A stretch of DNA of 62,651 nt, filler included, from Dugesia japonica (taxonomy: Eukaryota), in assembly GCA_001938525.1 (NCBI GenBank). It is 5 parts of 5 records of this genome, joined end to end, with 100 filler letters (N's around TTAATTAATTAA, not from the genome) between each part and the next. Parts side by side here need not be neighbours in the genome. Positions count along the whole stretch, not along the records: positions 1 to 18,159 come from MQRL01215973.1; positions 18,260 to 28,137 come from MQRL01588297.1; 3 more parts are not named here. The stretch is one strand, 5' to 3'. The position numbers were made by a program, and so were the translations under genes. This document shows positions 11,630 through 22,900 of the stretch, piece after piece; positions within the stretch are counted from its first letter, which is position 1, and each line of letters opens with the position of its first letter. Below the pieces are notes generated by a model, which was not told where the DNA came from, did not search any database, and saw nothing but the letters and a program-made list of their open reading frames with translations.

Positions 11630-14600
11630 CTAATTCGTTTGCCGATGGAGATCCGAATATTTAATGTTCCTAATCTTAGGTTTAACTAAATCTATTTTCA
11701 TTATCCAAATTGGGGTGGTATCTTCCACTATTCCATCTTCATCCAGGAGTTTGTATGGTGGCTTAAATGGTAACTTATCTCGTAGGTGTTTTACCGCATT
11801 ATATACTGGTATCTTAACGGTAATTTTATCTCCTTCCGGATCGATTATTCTGAATTTGATTTCTAATGGGACGGTTTGTCCCATCTCCGCTTTCTGCTAT
11901 TTAACCAAAATTTTATTAAACTGAATCAGGATCCCGTACGTGAGATACCTTGACGGCCATAATTAGTCGTCTCAGCTTTCTGAGATCTTCTACTGCCAGA
12001 TCTTGTTACAGGACTATATTGGATCGAGGTATGATTTTTGGCTTTATTAACTTATCGCCTACTAGCAATTCGAATAATTTTGGTAAATTGTCTTCCGGCT
12101 TCTCATCTTTAATTGGTGTGTTGGTCAGAGCTGCCACAATCTCCACTCGTTGTTTACTTTGTTCTTGTTTAGGGAGCTTGGCTCTTGCGAACACTAATGG
12201 ATGTATCTATTCTATATAATATTCCACTACTTCTCTGGCTTCCTGCTTCCATTTTTCCTCCAAGACCCGTGATCGTCGTCTCTCCTCACTCTTTGCTGTT
12301 ACGTAAATTTTTAATTTAGTGCCTGGCCAGACCCCCATATATTTCACGGGCAACCTCATTTGGTCTGGTTCTATTACTTGGTTGTAATATAGTACTATAT
12401 CGTCTTCCTGTAATGGTTGTCAGGAGTATTTTCATTATTACTCGCGCCAGACTTCCCCATGTTTTACTGTCTTTGCATAACTCGATATTTATCTCCATTG
12501 TTCTATCGTCGACTTATTCAAACAGTTTACCACTGTTGATTTCTTGTTCGTATAAACCCTCTAGTTGTTGTAACACTTCTTACATGGACTTTACTGCGCC
12601 TGGGGTGTAGTCTTCCGTTTTTCGTATTTGGAGAAAGGTATTTTCACCTGGTCTCAACCCTATGTCCACTAAATGTTGTTTTCCTTCAAACTTTATAGGG
12701 AATCTCAAATGGTCGCTTGTGACTATATAGCCGTTCTGCTGATCAGCTATATCCAATGATTCTATAATTTCTTGTAATTCCGACGCTGATGTGCTGTCAA
12801 AATGTGGTAAATGCATTAGGGCCAACTCTGGTTCCTTTCTAGCATTTTTGTTTGGTGTCTGATATTCTATGGTGACCTGGAATTCCTCTCCCTTGGCACT
12901 GGCCCTAACTGCACCAATATGCAGCTTGAGTACTGATTCCCATTTATTGCGTTCTTCTTTTGCTATCTCGGTATACTTTGACAAATCCGTTAGCAAATTT
13001 AACGCCTTCCAAAATGTCGCCCTGGGTATTCTTCCCAAAAAATAGCAGAAACCAGAAATTATCTTCGATATCTGCTCCGCTTGAGGAGAACTGAAAGAAG
13101 CAACGAATTCTCGTTTAAATGGTAATAGTCTGGGTTTGACTATGTCTTCTGAGATTTCTTCCTCCTCCTCTTCCTTGTCTGATGTCAGGACTGTGATTTC
13201 GGAATCATTATTCCTAACCATGTTTACTTGATCTTTGTTTTCTCCATAAGTGTTTATGAGGCGTTTATTCTCTACGGGTAAAATTTCTTGTATATATAGA
13301 CTCATCATATTGAATATGAGTTGATCTGTATCCGGGATTTTTGGTATCGGAATGTCTATTGTCATTTTCAGCGGTGTTAGCTTGATTTCAGTGATCTCTC
13401 CTGGTTTAATATCGTGTAGGAAAATGTGATCCTCTTTCTTGGCTAATATGATCATTGTTGCTCCCGCCTGCATTTTATATGACTAATGCGATTTATGCCA
13501 TAACCATTTCTTTATTGGTTTTATAATATGACGGATAGTTAATCCTTCCAGAGTTATCATATATACCTTTTTTATGCTTCCTTCTTTGCTGAGGAGGCTT
13601 ACTCTGATGGAATATTCGGATATAGGGGATGTAATTTGTAATTCCTCTTCATATAAGTTTTTCTCTTTCCACCATTGCGCTTGGGCCCACAAGCTGAGTT
13701 GACCATAGGTTGCCAGATCCCGTAGGTTATTCATCATTTTCCAAAATATTTTGATATTCAATACCGGCCGAGTTTCCCGTGTAACTCTTAATAGATACGT
13801 GGCGGATTCCTCAGTTATTGGTTTCGTATAATTCATCCGGATATCACGTATTGTCGGGGTCCCTTCCAAAAATTCAATTTATTTTGTGGTGATTATTGAA
13901 AGGTTATCAATATTCTGCGTTTTCTGGTTTTCTTTTACATGTTCCTTAATACCCGTCAATACCTCTGATACATATAATTCCGTTATTTCATCCATTCGTT
14001 CCTCGAGGTCTGGCGATTGGGCTATCCGGGGCTCCTCCTCTTCATCTAACTCGTATATTTCCCCTGGCTTTGCATGGCATTGTAATATGTGTTTGTCCTC
14101 GTCATCCGTCTCGACCGATTTGCCGTTTATGAATAGAGGTACCCTAATTAATCCATATTCTTGCCACTTATCGGTAATGGCATCCATCAAATCCATCATG
14201 GTTATTCCTTGTGGCTTTAATCGACTGTATTTAGTCATTTCCTGTTCATTTTTACCTATATTCAGATATAATTTATAGTCCTGAATTTTGGTAGTTGCCA
14301 ATATTTCTTCGGCATACTTTTGTCTAATCAGGAGCCATTGCTCTTCAATTTTTCCCGGTATTTCCAACCCATCATATATGTCATAAATTCTATTCATTAT
14401 CATCCAATAAGTTTCTCGAGGTAACCTTTCTTCTCTTCCTGTACTCTGTTAACCATATCCTCCACTTAACGCATCGCTACTACTTCCCTTGACGCCATCT
14501 GTCGCATTCTTATCATGTTGCATTTACCCTCTCTTCTCTCCAACCGTTGTCTGAGAAAATCATTACTGCTTCTTTTCCTCCTTTGTCAACTTGTCTTTCT

Positions 14601-15950
14601 TTGCCAATACCGTGGACAGTATCTTTATTTTAATAGGTTCTACTTCTTGTTTACATAGATATTCCATTTCTCCCATGATTTCTAATGCCGATCTTCTGGT
14701 TTTCGTTACCCATACGTCATAGTAAATACCAGTGTGTTTATCCAATACTACAATTTCAATATCATCTCCAGGTTTTACTCCAAAATCATACAAATTGCTT
14801 TTTCGGGCATTAAAATCTATTATAGCACTTGGAGTACATACGAACTTATCTGTTATGTATGGATACCCGGCTTTATTCAGTGCACATTCCAGATCTTCTA
14901 CCATTAATCCCGCGAGGGTCAATTTCATATTTTATTCTGGTTTATACAACAATTCTTGATAATCTGATAATCCCATGTTGCATATTACTCAATCGTAATG
15001 TACTGGTAACCATTCTGTCCAGTCACTTTCAAAATCAGTAACCAATTTTATAACTTCCAATAACTCTACTAAAGGATTAGTCAATTTTAGGTATACTTCC
15101 CTCTTAATCGTATAATGGAGTTTCTGGGCGGCTACCAGTATCTCATCAATTCGAGCTAACGATAATCGCGATGCTTCACTTTGTTCCATAACTGGATAGT
15201 CCATCAATCCTACTTTTTCGAATTGCTTCTGCAAGTAGTTCTGAGACTTAGTGGGAGCTATCTCCTTAAGGAATTTTTCTTCAAGATTATGATATAATTC
15301 GTCCGTCTCTATTTCTTGAATTACTATTTGTGGTCGGAATACCAAACCCCAATTTATCAATTTGATTACTGTTGTTTCATGGGGTCGTGTCCCGTAGTAA
15401 ATTAGATTTTTATCATCAGGAAGAATGTTGATCCTTATATTACCTATTTGCAATCTATGCCTGTTCCCCTTTCCATCCCATTGATGTTGATCGTTAAACA
15501 GTGGTAAATCGAGAAACGGGTTTACCGTTATACCTTTAATACCGTCTATTTTGCCCCATTTTATTTCGTTAATGGCTTCTTTTAAGTGTCGTACTGTCAA
15601 TCTTTTTAGTGATAGTTTTAATTGTTTTGGAATTACCTCGGAGTTATTATGCCTTCATATTGAACTTCGAATTCTTAATTTTCTATCTTAGTTTCTTTAT
15701 AAAGCTCGGCGATGTAATCCGATATTATTTTCTGCCAGTTGGCTTTTAATTTTGCGTGTACTTGTGGGTGCTGGTATAATCGAAGTAACTGATTCATCAC
15801 CCGTCTTCGTCTTGTGGTTGTCGTTGATGTTTCAATTGTTTTATAGAGCATTTCATTGGTCCACTCGAATTCTGGAGACGTAATCAGTATTTGTTTCCGA
15901 GTGTCTTCCATTTCGGTAACCTCCGTTGTTTCATCATGTTAGTTATAAAT
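11630..15950 (-). pseudogene. Array of about 5-6 diverged helical + ubiquitin-like modules in the polyprotein
   Basis: Recurring Ubl-like motifs: TVRHLKEAI..DDKNLIYYGTRPHETTVIKL; MVEDLECAL..NLYDFGVKPGDDIEIVV; TMMDLMDAI..LFINGKSV..HILQCHAKPGEIYEL; TIRHIIKPI..HIFLHDIKPGEITEIKL; SASELQEII..HLVDIGLRPGENTFLQI; and EIKFRIIDPEGDKITVKI..AVKHLRDKL. Confidence 0.6.
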
Positions 15951-16199
15951 TTCTCTATGTGTTCTGACCATATTACATTGATTCATGTGTGGTTCGTTAA
16001 GTAAATTTCTTTTTGCCAGTCTTTCTTGCTGTATATGTAAGTCTTGGTTTTGCCACTTGAGCCAATCATTTTCCTGTTAAACTTTATGGTACACATTATC
16101 AAAAGTACTCTGATGCACTAAGTTGACTTGTCCCTTGTTTTGGTTTACTCGCTGCCTTAATCTCTCATTTTCCGACATTAGATTATCCAGATTTGTATT

Positions 16200-17410
16200 C
16201 GGATTTCAATTATAATTTGTTTGATTTCCATTTGGATATTCTTTTGCCATATGCCCTCTTCTGTTACACTTATAACAAACAGTATGATTTTTCAAAAAAC
16301 ATGTTTTTACATTGTGATTGGTTTTCTTGCAGTAAGTATAAAATCGATTGTTATTATTATTGTCTCTACTTCTACAATCTCGGGCTATATGTTCCCTTCT
16401 TCCACAGGAATTACATTGTATATCCGGGTTATTTTTCCAATTGTTCCGAGGTGCATTAAATCCTCCACCATTTCCTCGGGGGTAGTTAGGTCTATCATTC
16501 CTATTATTCCGTTCCTGCCATGGGGTCAGGGTTTTCATCATTGATTGGGTGTTAGGTATGAAATCTGATATTCGAAGTGTAGTTTCCTCTGTCTATCCTT
16601 CTACTTTGAATATTCGTTCTGATGGTCTATCTGCTACAATTCACAATGTGGCCAGAGCATCCTGTAGAGTCACTGGCTTACTCAACTTTACCATAAGTTT
16701 GGCGTTCTTGTCGCGTAATCCATTTAAGAATATAGCTAACACTTGACTGTCTTCCAGTTTATCTCCTAAGGCCAGTTTGCCACGCCTCTTGAGTTCCATC
16801 ATATAAGCTTGTGGAGGAAGCTGTTTTTTCCGGTTGGTAAATGAGTTATTTCTGTAGTTTTAACTTTCTAGAATAAAAATTTACTTCTAATTGTCTTTAC
16901 TTAATTTCTTCCGAGGTTTTCCCTCCCGTACGCAGGCTTCTTTAAATATGTTTCCTTTGTTTCCCAACGTGTTCTACCTTTAACGTACTGGTTAACGTAC
17001 TTAGGCCTTTACGTGGTCTTCCTTCCTTGCCTGGGCTTCCTTTAATTTCTTCCGAGGTTTTTCCTCCCATATGCAGGCTTCCTTCAATATGTTTCCTCTA
17101 TTTTTCTACGTGGTCTCCCATTAACATCCTCGTTAATGTACTTAGAGCTTCGCGTAGTCTTCCTTCCTTGCGTAGGCTTCCTTTAATTTCTTCCGATGTT
17201 TTCCCTCTTATACGCAAGCTTCCTTAAATATATGCGCATAACATATCCAATAATACCCAATTACTTCTTCAGTTATAGTCATTAGACAACTGTTGCGGTT
17301 GCTTTCTACAAAGGTGATCAATCTTCTGATTGCAACTTACCAGTTGGGGATCCCTATTTTCCATAACTGTGTCTGTAATAAATATGTCTGGATATTCTTC
17401 CTATTATCTT
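16200..17410 (-). pseudogene. gag: Gag (capsid C-terminal region plus three CCHC zinc knuckles), disrupted
   Basis: Knuckles CNSCGRREHIARDC, YTYCKKTNHNVKTC and CYKCNRRGHMAKEY (two have C>Y changes). Upstream manual translation QAYMMELKRRGKLALGDKLEDSQVLAIFLNGLRDKNAKLMVKLSKPVTLQDAL fits retrotransposon capsid. Confidence 0.88.
16901..17228. repeat. 141-bp (47-codon) tandem repeat, about 2.3 copies, inside gag
   Basis: The unit start ttaatttcttccga recurs at 16901, 17042 and 17183. Confidence 0.9.
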
Positions 17411-17895
17411 CCTGAAATTTTCTTCCTGATTAGCTTCCTTAAATTTATCTTCCTTTTATTTAGTTTCCTTTTTCTTCCGTTAATTTACTATCTTTTAATT
17501 TATCTTCCTTTAACTTGCTTTATTTTATCTTCCTTCCTTTAATTTATTCCTGGTTGTGAGTTTCCATGATGACTTTTGTTGATATCTCGATATGATCTCT
17601 GAAAATATAAAATAACAATTCTTTATTGATTTTTCTTCCTACATTTACCCGGTTCTCCTATTCCTTTCTTTTTATTTACTCCTTATAATCACCTTAATTT
17701 AATATCATCATATAACTTCCTATTTTCATAATCTGCTATTTCCATATGTTATTTCATAATTTTATAATTTCGATAGTTTATTTATTTCATCATTTATTGA
17801 ATTATTTTTACTAATAATATTATACAACAGTATATTCTTTATTATTTTATTCCCCACCTTTACGGGGTTTCGTTTCATGAAAATTTTATTTTATA

Positions 17896-17912
17896 ATCCT
17901 TGCTGAGCCCCA
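17896..17912 (-). promoter_or_regulatory. Primer-binding site, tRNA-Pro-like
   Basis: Minus strand reads TGGGGCTCAGCAAGGAT next to the LTR end, resembling the tRNA-Pro-type PBS TGGGGGCTC...GGGAT. Confidence 0.7.
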
Positions 17913-17920
17913 AAAATTCT

Positions 17921-18159
17921 TGTTGGAGTTCCACCTGAGTTGGGTGAAGTAAGCGTGACTGGGGAAAAACAGCCCTCAGGGGACCCTTTCAAGAATTTAA
18001 CCTAACGCCACAAAGTTAGGCATTCAGCAAATGGTGGTTGACCTCTCGCCTAATGGGAGGTGCATGCCCATACGCCTTTGGATTTGGGTTCACTAGTTTC
18101 CCAATTATTTCGAATTTAATAAAAATTAGAAAGAGTCAAACAAGGTACACTTTATTTTA
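17921..18159 (-). repeat. 5' LTR (U5 end) of the giant element, truncated by an N gap
   Basis: On the minus strand it ends ...CTCCAACA, 8 nt upstream of the PBS. It is clearly homologous to the copy starting at 22627 (tgttgg.gt.ccacctgagtt...ccctttcaagaattta.cctaa...). Confidence 0.85.
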
Positions 18160-18259
18160 NNNNNNNNNNNNNNNNNNNNNNNNNNNNNNNNNNNNNNNNN
18201 NNNTTAATTAATTAANNNNNNNNNNNNNNNNNNNNNNNNNNNNNNNNNNNNNNNNNNNN
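18160..18259. other. Artificial contig spacer N44-TTAATTAATTAA-N44 (also at 28138-28237, 43589-43688, 52421-52520)
   Basis: Four identical 100-bp spacers, each with a six-frame stop 12-mer. Confidence 0.95.
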
Positions 18260-18450
18260 AATGTACGATGTATTACAAGAAAGCTTGAGATTCATGAAGT
18301 CATTATGAGAAATCTGAGAGGAAACATCAAACTAATTGGAGGACCGCTAGTATTTTTATGCAGAGGTTTTCTTCAAACTATGCCTGTCATTCCAAAGACA
18401 TCACTGGTAGGTGAGATCCAGACGTTTTAAAATTATTCATTTTTCTGGAA
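18260..18450 (+). mobile_element. Helitron Pif1-helicase fragment
   Basis: Manual translation (CTM..KKA)..RNLRGNIKLIGGPLVFLCRGFLQTMPVIPK..GEI resembles Pif1 FGG..vll.GDFrQ.LPVIp. Confidence 0.65.
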
Positions 18451-19691
18451 ACTTATCAAATCTGAACATTATTTAATTTCATCTGAAAGAATTTATCATT
18501 TTCATTTCATATTTTTGTTAGAGAGCGTCATTCTCCTTTAATTTACTTGCAGATTTATTCAAAATGCTAGATCCGCGATATACATATGATGCATGATCAA
18601 AATGTTCAAATTGAGAAAATTTCTTCTTTAATTTGAGAAGGAATTTTCAAGAGTATTGAGTACATAAGAATTTGGAAATAAACAGTAACTTTCTAACATT
18701 CCTTACTACATCCCTGACTTAATGACTTACTCTCCGAATTTCTGATATAGTCTATAATCCAAAAACGGGCGAATTACAAATTAGTTTTATTCGTTGAGCC
18801 ATTTAGCTAGGGCCAACGTAAATGGAACTTCAAAGCCTGCGTTGCAAGTGAGTGTCACTATAAAGAGAGTGCCATGTCATTAATCGGATTATTACATTAT
18901 TTACATAGGTCATAAAATGAAACATTTAAAACTTAAGCAGAGAACCTCTTTGAAATTAATTTTGCACTTGTAAACAATAAATAATGTATTAATGTAAAAA
19001 CTAAATGATACTATTATACGTACTAAAAAATCTTGGATTATGATAAGTTGATAACAAGTAACACGATATCGAAAAATAATGGGGTGTATAGTCAAAGCAT
19101 GCTATTTTAAACTATAATATAAACTATAATTTAAGCTATAAATTTAACTATTATTATTTAAAGATCCACGAAAGAAAATTTTTTATTCTGAATCTCATGG
19201 AATAAAATAACAGAAAATATTCATGTTAAAGAATATTCTTCAGAATATGCCGCAAAAATATTTGTGGTTTTGAAGTGTGCCCTGACGTAAAACGATTGNN
19301 NNNNNNNNNNNNNNNNNNNNNNNNNNNNNNNNNNNNNNNNNNNNNNNNNNNNNNNNNNNNNATATCTTCAAACAAGTTAAAAGAACTATTTTAATTTAAA
19401 AATTGTTGAAATATTTTTAATATTTTTCTAACCACAAATTAAATTAATCTCATGTACAATATTCAAAGGCTTGACTCAATAGAGAATAAACATAAATTTT
19501 TTTTCAGTAATCATCAAAATCGATTTTTATATATTTTTAAAGTTTGTATTTATTACTATATTTTGGAATAATGAAATATCAAGCATATTTTTTAAATACA
19601 ATTTATTCTTACTACAATCTTTTAATTACTTATGCAATTAAATGAAATTATTAATTAATTAATATTAAATTAAAGAATTACATAAAATATG

Positions 19692-19729
19692 GCACGTAAG
19701 TAACAAATGGGATAAGTGTGCATACGTGC
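19692..19729. promoter_or_regulatory. Inverted pair of TACGTGC (HRE-like) motifs upstream of P4HA
   Basis: gcacgta at 19692-19698 and tacgtgc at 19723-19729, about 230-270 bp before the ATG, with CCAAT/ATTGG boxes nearby. Confidence 0.35.
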
Positions 19730-19959
19730 AACAAAGTTAGAGATTTTGTTTTATATAATATCATTTTTTATTGGCTGTATTTTGGAAACTAATTGGGATG
19801 CGTCACTATTTAAAATCATGAATTGGAAACACACTTTCACCAATACGATAATTTTTTGCAAATGATCGAAAGCACACAAACTCAAATTTATAAATGCCAA
19901 CCAGTTGATTATTCCATCAATCGATAAAAAATAACACGTTTTTATTTAATTTGTTTTTA

Positions 19960-22900
19960 ATGGAAATTAAGCGATTACTTTTTTTTTCAATATTTCTTTC
20001 TTTTTTTAATTGTTTTTTTGCTGAATTATTCACAGCATTAGCTGATCTATCAAATGTATTCAAAGCCGAACAAGAGCTTGGTGAATTAATTCAAAGCTAT
20101 GTTGAAAATGAAGAAAAACGACTTAAGGAATTAGTCAAATTTGCCAAGGAACTTCGGGATTATAACATCACCACTAAAGATTTAGAAAATAAAAATGAAA
20201 TTGAAAAATATTTTTCCAATCCAATCAATTCTTATTTATTTACGAGAAAATTCGTTTATGATTGGAAAGAAAAACTAGAATTGGTTAATGATTTTGTGAA
20301 TAATAAATTTAGAAAAATTTTACAAGACGAAGTGGATAAATTCCAAGAACGATTACCAAATTATGAAGATATAGATGGATCGATCGATGCATTAATACGA
20401 TTGCAGGAAACATACCAGCTGCAAACACATGATTTAGTCATTGGAAAAATACAGAATTTTCAGTCAAATGTTAAACTAAGTGCAGATGATTGCTATAAAA
20501 TCGGAATTCATGCTTATAATAAAGAAAATTATCCCATAGGTGTAAAATGGTTTAAAGAGTCATTGAATTTATTTAAAATCAACAAGATCGATCCTGGAAG
20601 TACTTTAAGTGAGAGATCAATTATTGATTACCTTTCCTATTGTCTGGGATCCATTGGAATGTATAGAGCTGCTTTAAATTATACCAATGAATTGCTTCAA
20701 TCGCCTAATAATGATATTCGAGACCGATTGATTGAGAATAAAAAATACTATTTGAAAAAAGTATCAGAGGAAAAAGTTCCAAATTATGATGAAAGTAAGC
20801 AAAAAATATTTATAATTTTTGATTTTTTTTGGTAATTCAAGATCCTGGTTTTAGTGATCATAGCGAAGGAAATATTTATGCGGCATTGTGCAGAGGAGAG
20901 TCGCCAATAAAGAATCCATCAGAAAAGAAAAACTTGAAATGCTACTTTAAATCAACTCATCCGTTTTATAAAATTGGACCATTAAAAGTTGAGATAGCAT
21001 TCAGTAAACCAAAAGTGATAATATTTCATGATTTAATACATGACGGAGAAATTGAACATATTAAAATGGTTGCAACTCCTAAAGTGAATTTTTATTTTAA
21101 TATTTTATTAAGTCAATTTTTGCTTTTAGTTAAACAGAGCTACAGTCAGAAATCCAGCTACAGGAATCCTGGAGTTTGCTAATTATCGAATCAGTAAAAG
21201 GTTTATTTTTGTTTTTGATTTTTTATAAAAATATTAAATAATATTAATTTACAAGAAAATATTTTGAAATCGGTGAAAAATTTTAACAAAATTTATATGA
21301 TATTAGTAAAAAAACATTCTGATTTTGCAATAAGATTTCCTGATTTTCTCAGTTTTAAGAACTTAACCTTGATTTTTAAAAATTAAAATGTCACTTTCAG
21401 AAAATTAAGGGGCTGTCCAGTTATTATGCTATCAAATTTTAGACAATTTTTTAACCTCCTTCCCCCTTTGTTAACTGTCAAACTTTCAGTGACCCCCTAA
21501 TGAAATTATGTCGATAATTAAATACCCCCTCCTACAAAAATTAACAAGATTTAACTAATTTTTTTTGATTTATTAAATTTATCGTTAAAAAAATTATTGA
21601 CATCAATTTATCTTCTTTTTTTTTGTCACCAATTGACAAACTTATTCAAACCTCTTCTCCTCAAATTAATGAAAATATTTTAATTTTATTATGATATAAT
21701 CTTCATGTCACAATTTTTTATGTTCAAAGAAATATTATTTGAAATAGTTTTTAGAAATAAATAATTAATTAATTTTTTTAAAATTTAATTCCGAGAAAAA
21801 ATTCCATTTTAATGTTTTTTAATTTTGGAATTATAATCCTTATTTTTTTTTACTTTTTTAATCATTAAAAAATAAATAAATAATAAATTTTCATGCCTAT
21901 AATGATAATTTGTTCAGTCTAAAGTTAGTTCAGATTTTAATGAATTTCCTAAGGAATATATCAAAACAAATAATCGAACTTTTTGCACTGTATACAACAA
22001 TATTGTTAATTATGAAAAGAGATTTTAATTTATAAAACAGAAAAATTAAAACATCAATGCTAAAAATTTTACCTTCAATTTTTTCGTCATTCAACGATCA
22101 GCATATTAATTAATATTTTATTATTAATTATAATTAATGTTCAAGCAATTATAGTCTCACTAAATAAATGAATTCTTCATTAAAATAGTTGGGTTTTATG
22201 TAACTTTTTTAATGCAACAAAAATTGTCCCACAAATAGTACTTCAACACAAATGTAGAATATAATTCTGCTTTTTATTTTATATTTGTTTTAATCATATA
22301 ATCTATGAATCATTGTTTTTTTTTAAATCAAAAGTTTATAAATAACTTATTCATTACCGTAATTTGCTATTGATTAAATAACTCTTTTAATCCTTTCGTT
22401 ATCACGAGTGTATGCAATTTTTTTTGTATAAGTAGCTTTATAGATAAAGAGCATATATTTTCGATAGATGTTTTTTGTATGTCTGATAACTAGAAATGTA
22501 AATATTTGCCTTGTAAATATGTTTATTACGAAAAATATTTTTCGTTCAAAATATTAATGTTTTTAATATAATACGAATAGAAATACGTATTAAGAGCAAT
22601 ATGACCTTGAAAATATTTCTTAATGATGTTGGGGTCCCACCTGAGTTTGTGTAGAACAAACACGGCCCTCTGGAACCCTTTCAAGAATTTACCTAATGCC
22701 CCTTATTAGGTTTTCAGTATAGAGCGGTTGACTTCAATCATAATTTGAATTGCACGCCCATATACCTTTACTTTCAAGTTCATTAGTTTTCCCTTAAATT
22801 TGATTATTCAAAGAAATCAACAATGTCTTTTCAATAACATTTATTTGGGTTTTTAAATTACATAAGGTTGAGAGCACCCGGGTCTAACCACTGGGTTAGC

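Larger units (their letters stand above)
1..18159 (-). mobile_element. Giant (>18 kb), degenerate, env-bearing Ty3/Gypsy LTR retroelement. The 3' end runs off the window edge and the 5' LTR is cut by a contig join.
   Basis: Colinear minus-strand ORF fragments give gag (CCHC), glycoprotein, PR, RT, RH, IN. RT motifs IDYRRLN, YPLP, LDLRSGYWQI, KTAF, MPF*L.NAP and YIDD are Gypsy-type. An LTR edge and PBS lie at 17896-17930. Long same-frame runs (e.g. 15600-12316, 8775-6157) are broken only by isolated stops. Confidence 0.95.

Noticed and set aside
8775-16206. Programmed frameshift or readthrough between gag, env and pol
   Set aside because: There are too many random stops and frameshifts to single out a programmed one.
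5000-16600. APOBEC-like G>A hypermutation (C>Y in the knuckles and RT, E>K in env)
   Set aside because: Equally explained by general GC>AT decay in an AT-rich genome. Strand bias cannot be shown without a consensus.
16901-17228. CRISPR-like repeat array
   Set aside because: Eukaryotic context, contiguous 141-bp units with no unique spacers, and no cas genes.
117-17542. Many plus-strand ORFs over the retroelement
   Set aside because: They are antisense shadows of the minus-strand polyprotein (Ser/Phe/Ile-rich) with no motifs.
17980-18102. Hammerhead ribozyme in the LTR (minus strand CTGAATG-stem-TTAAA; CTAATGA in the other copy)
   Set aside because: The CUGANGA and GAAA cores are not intact in either copy. 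Kept only as a generic structured RNA.
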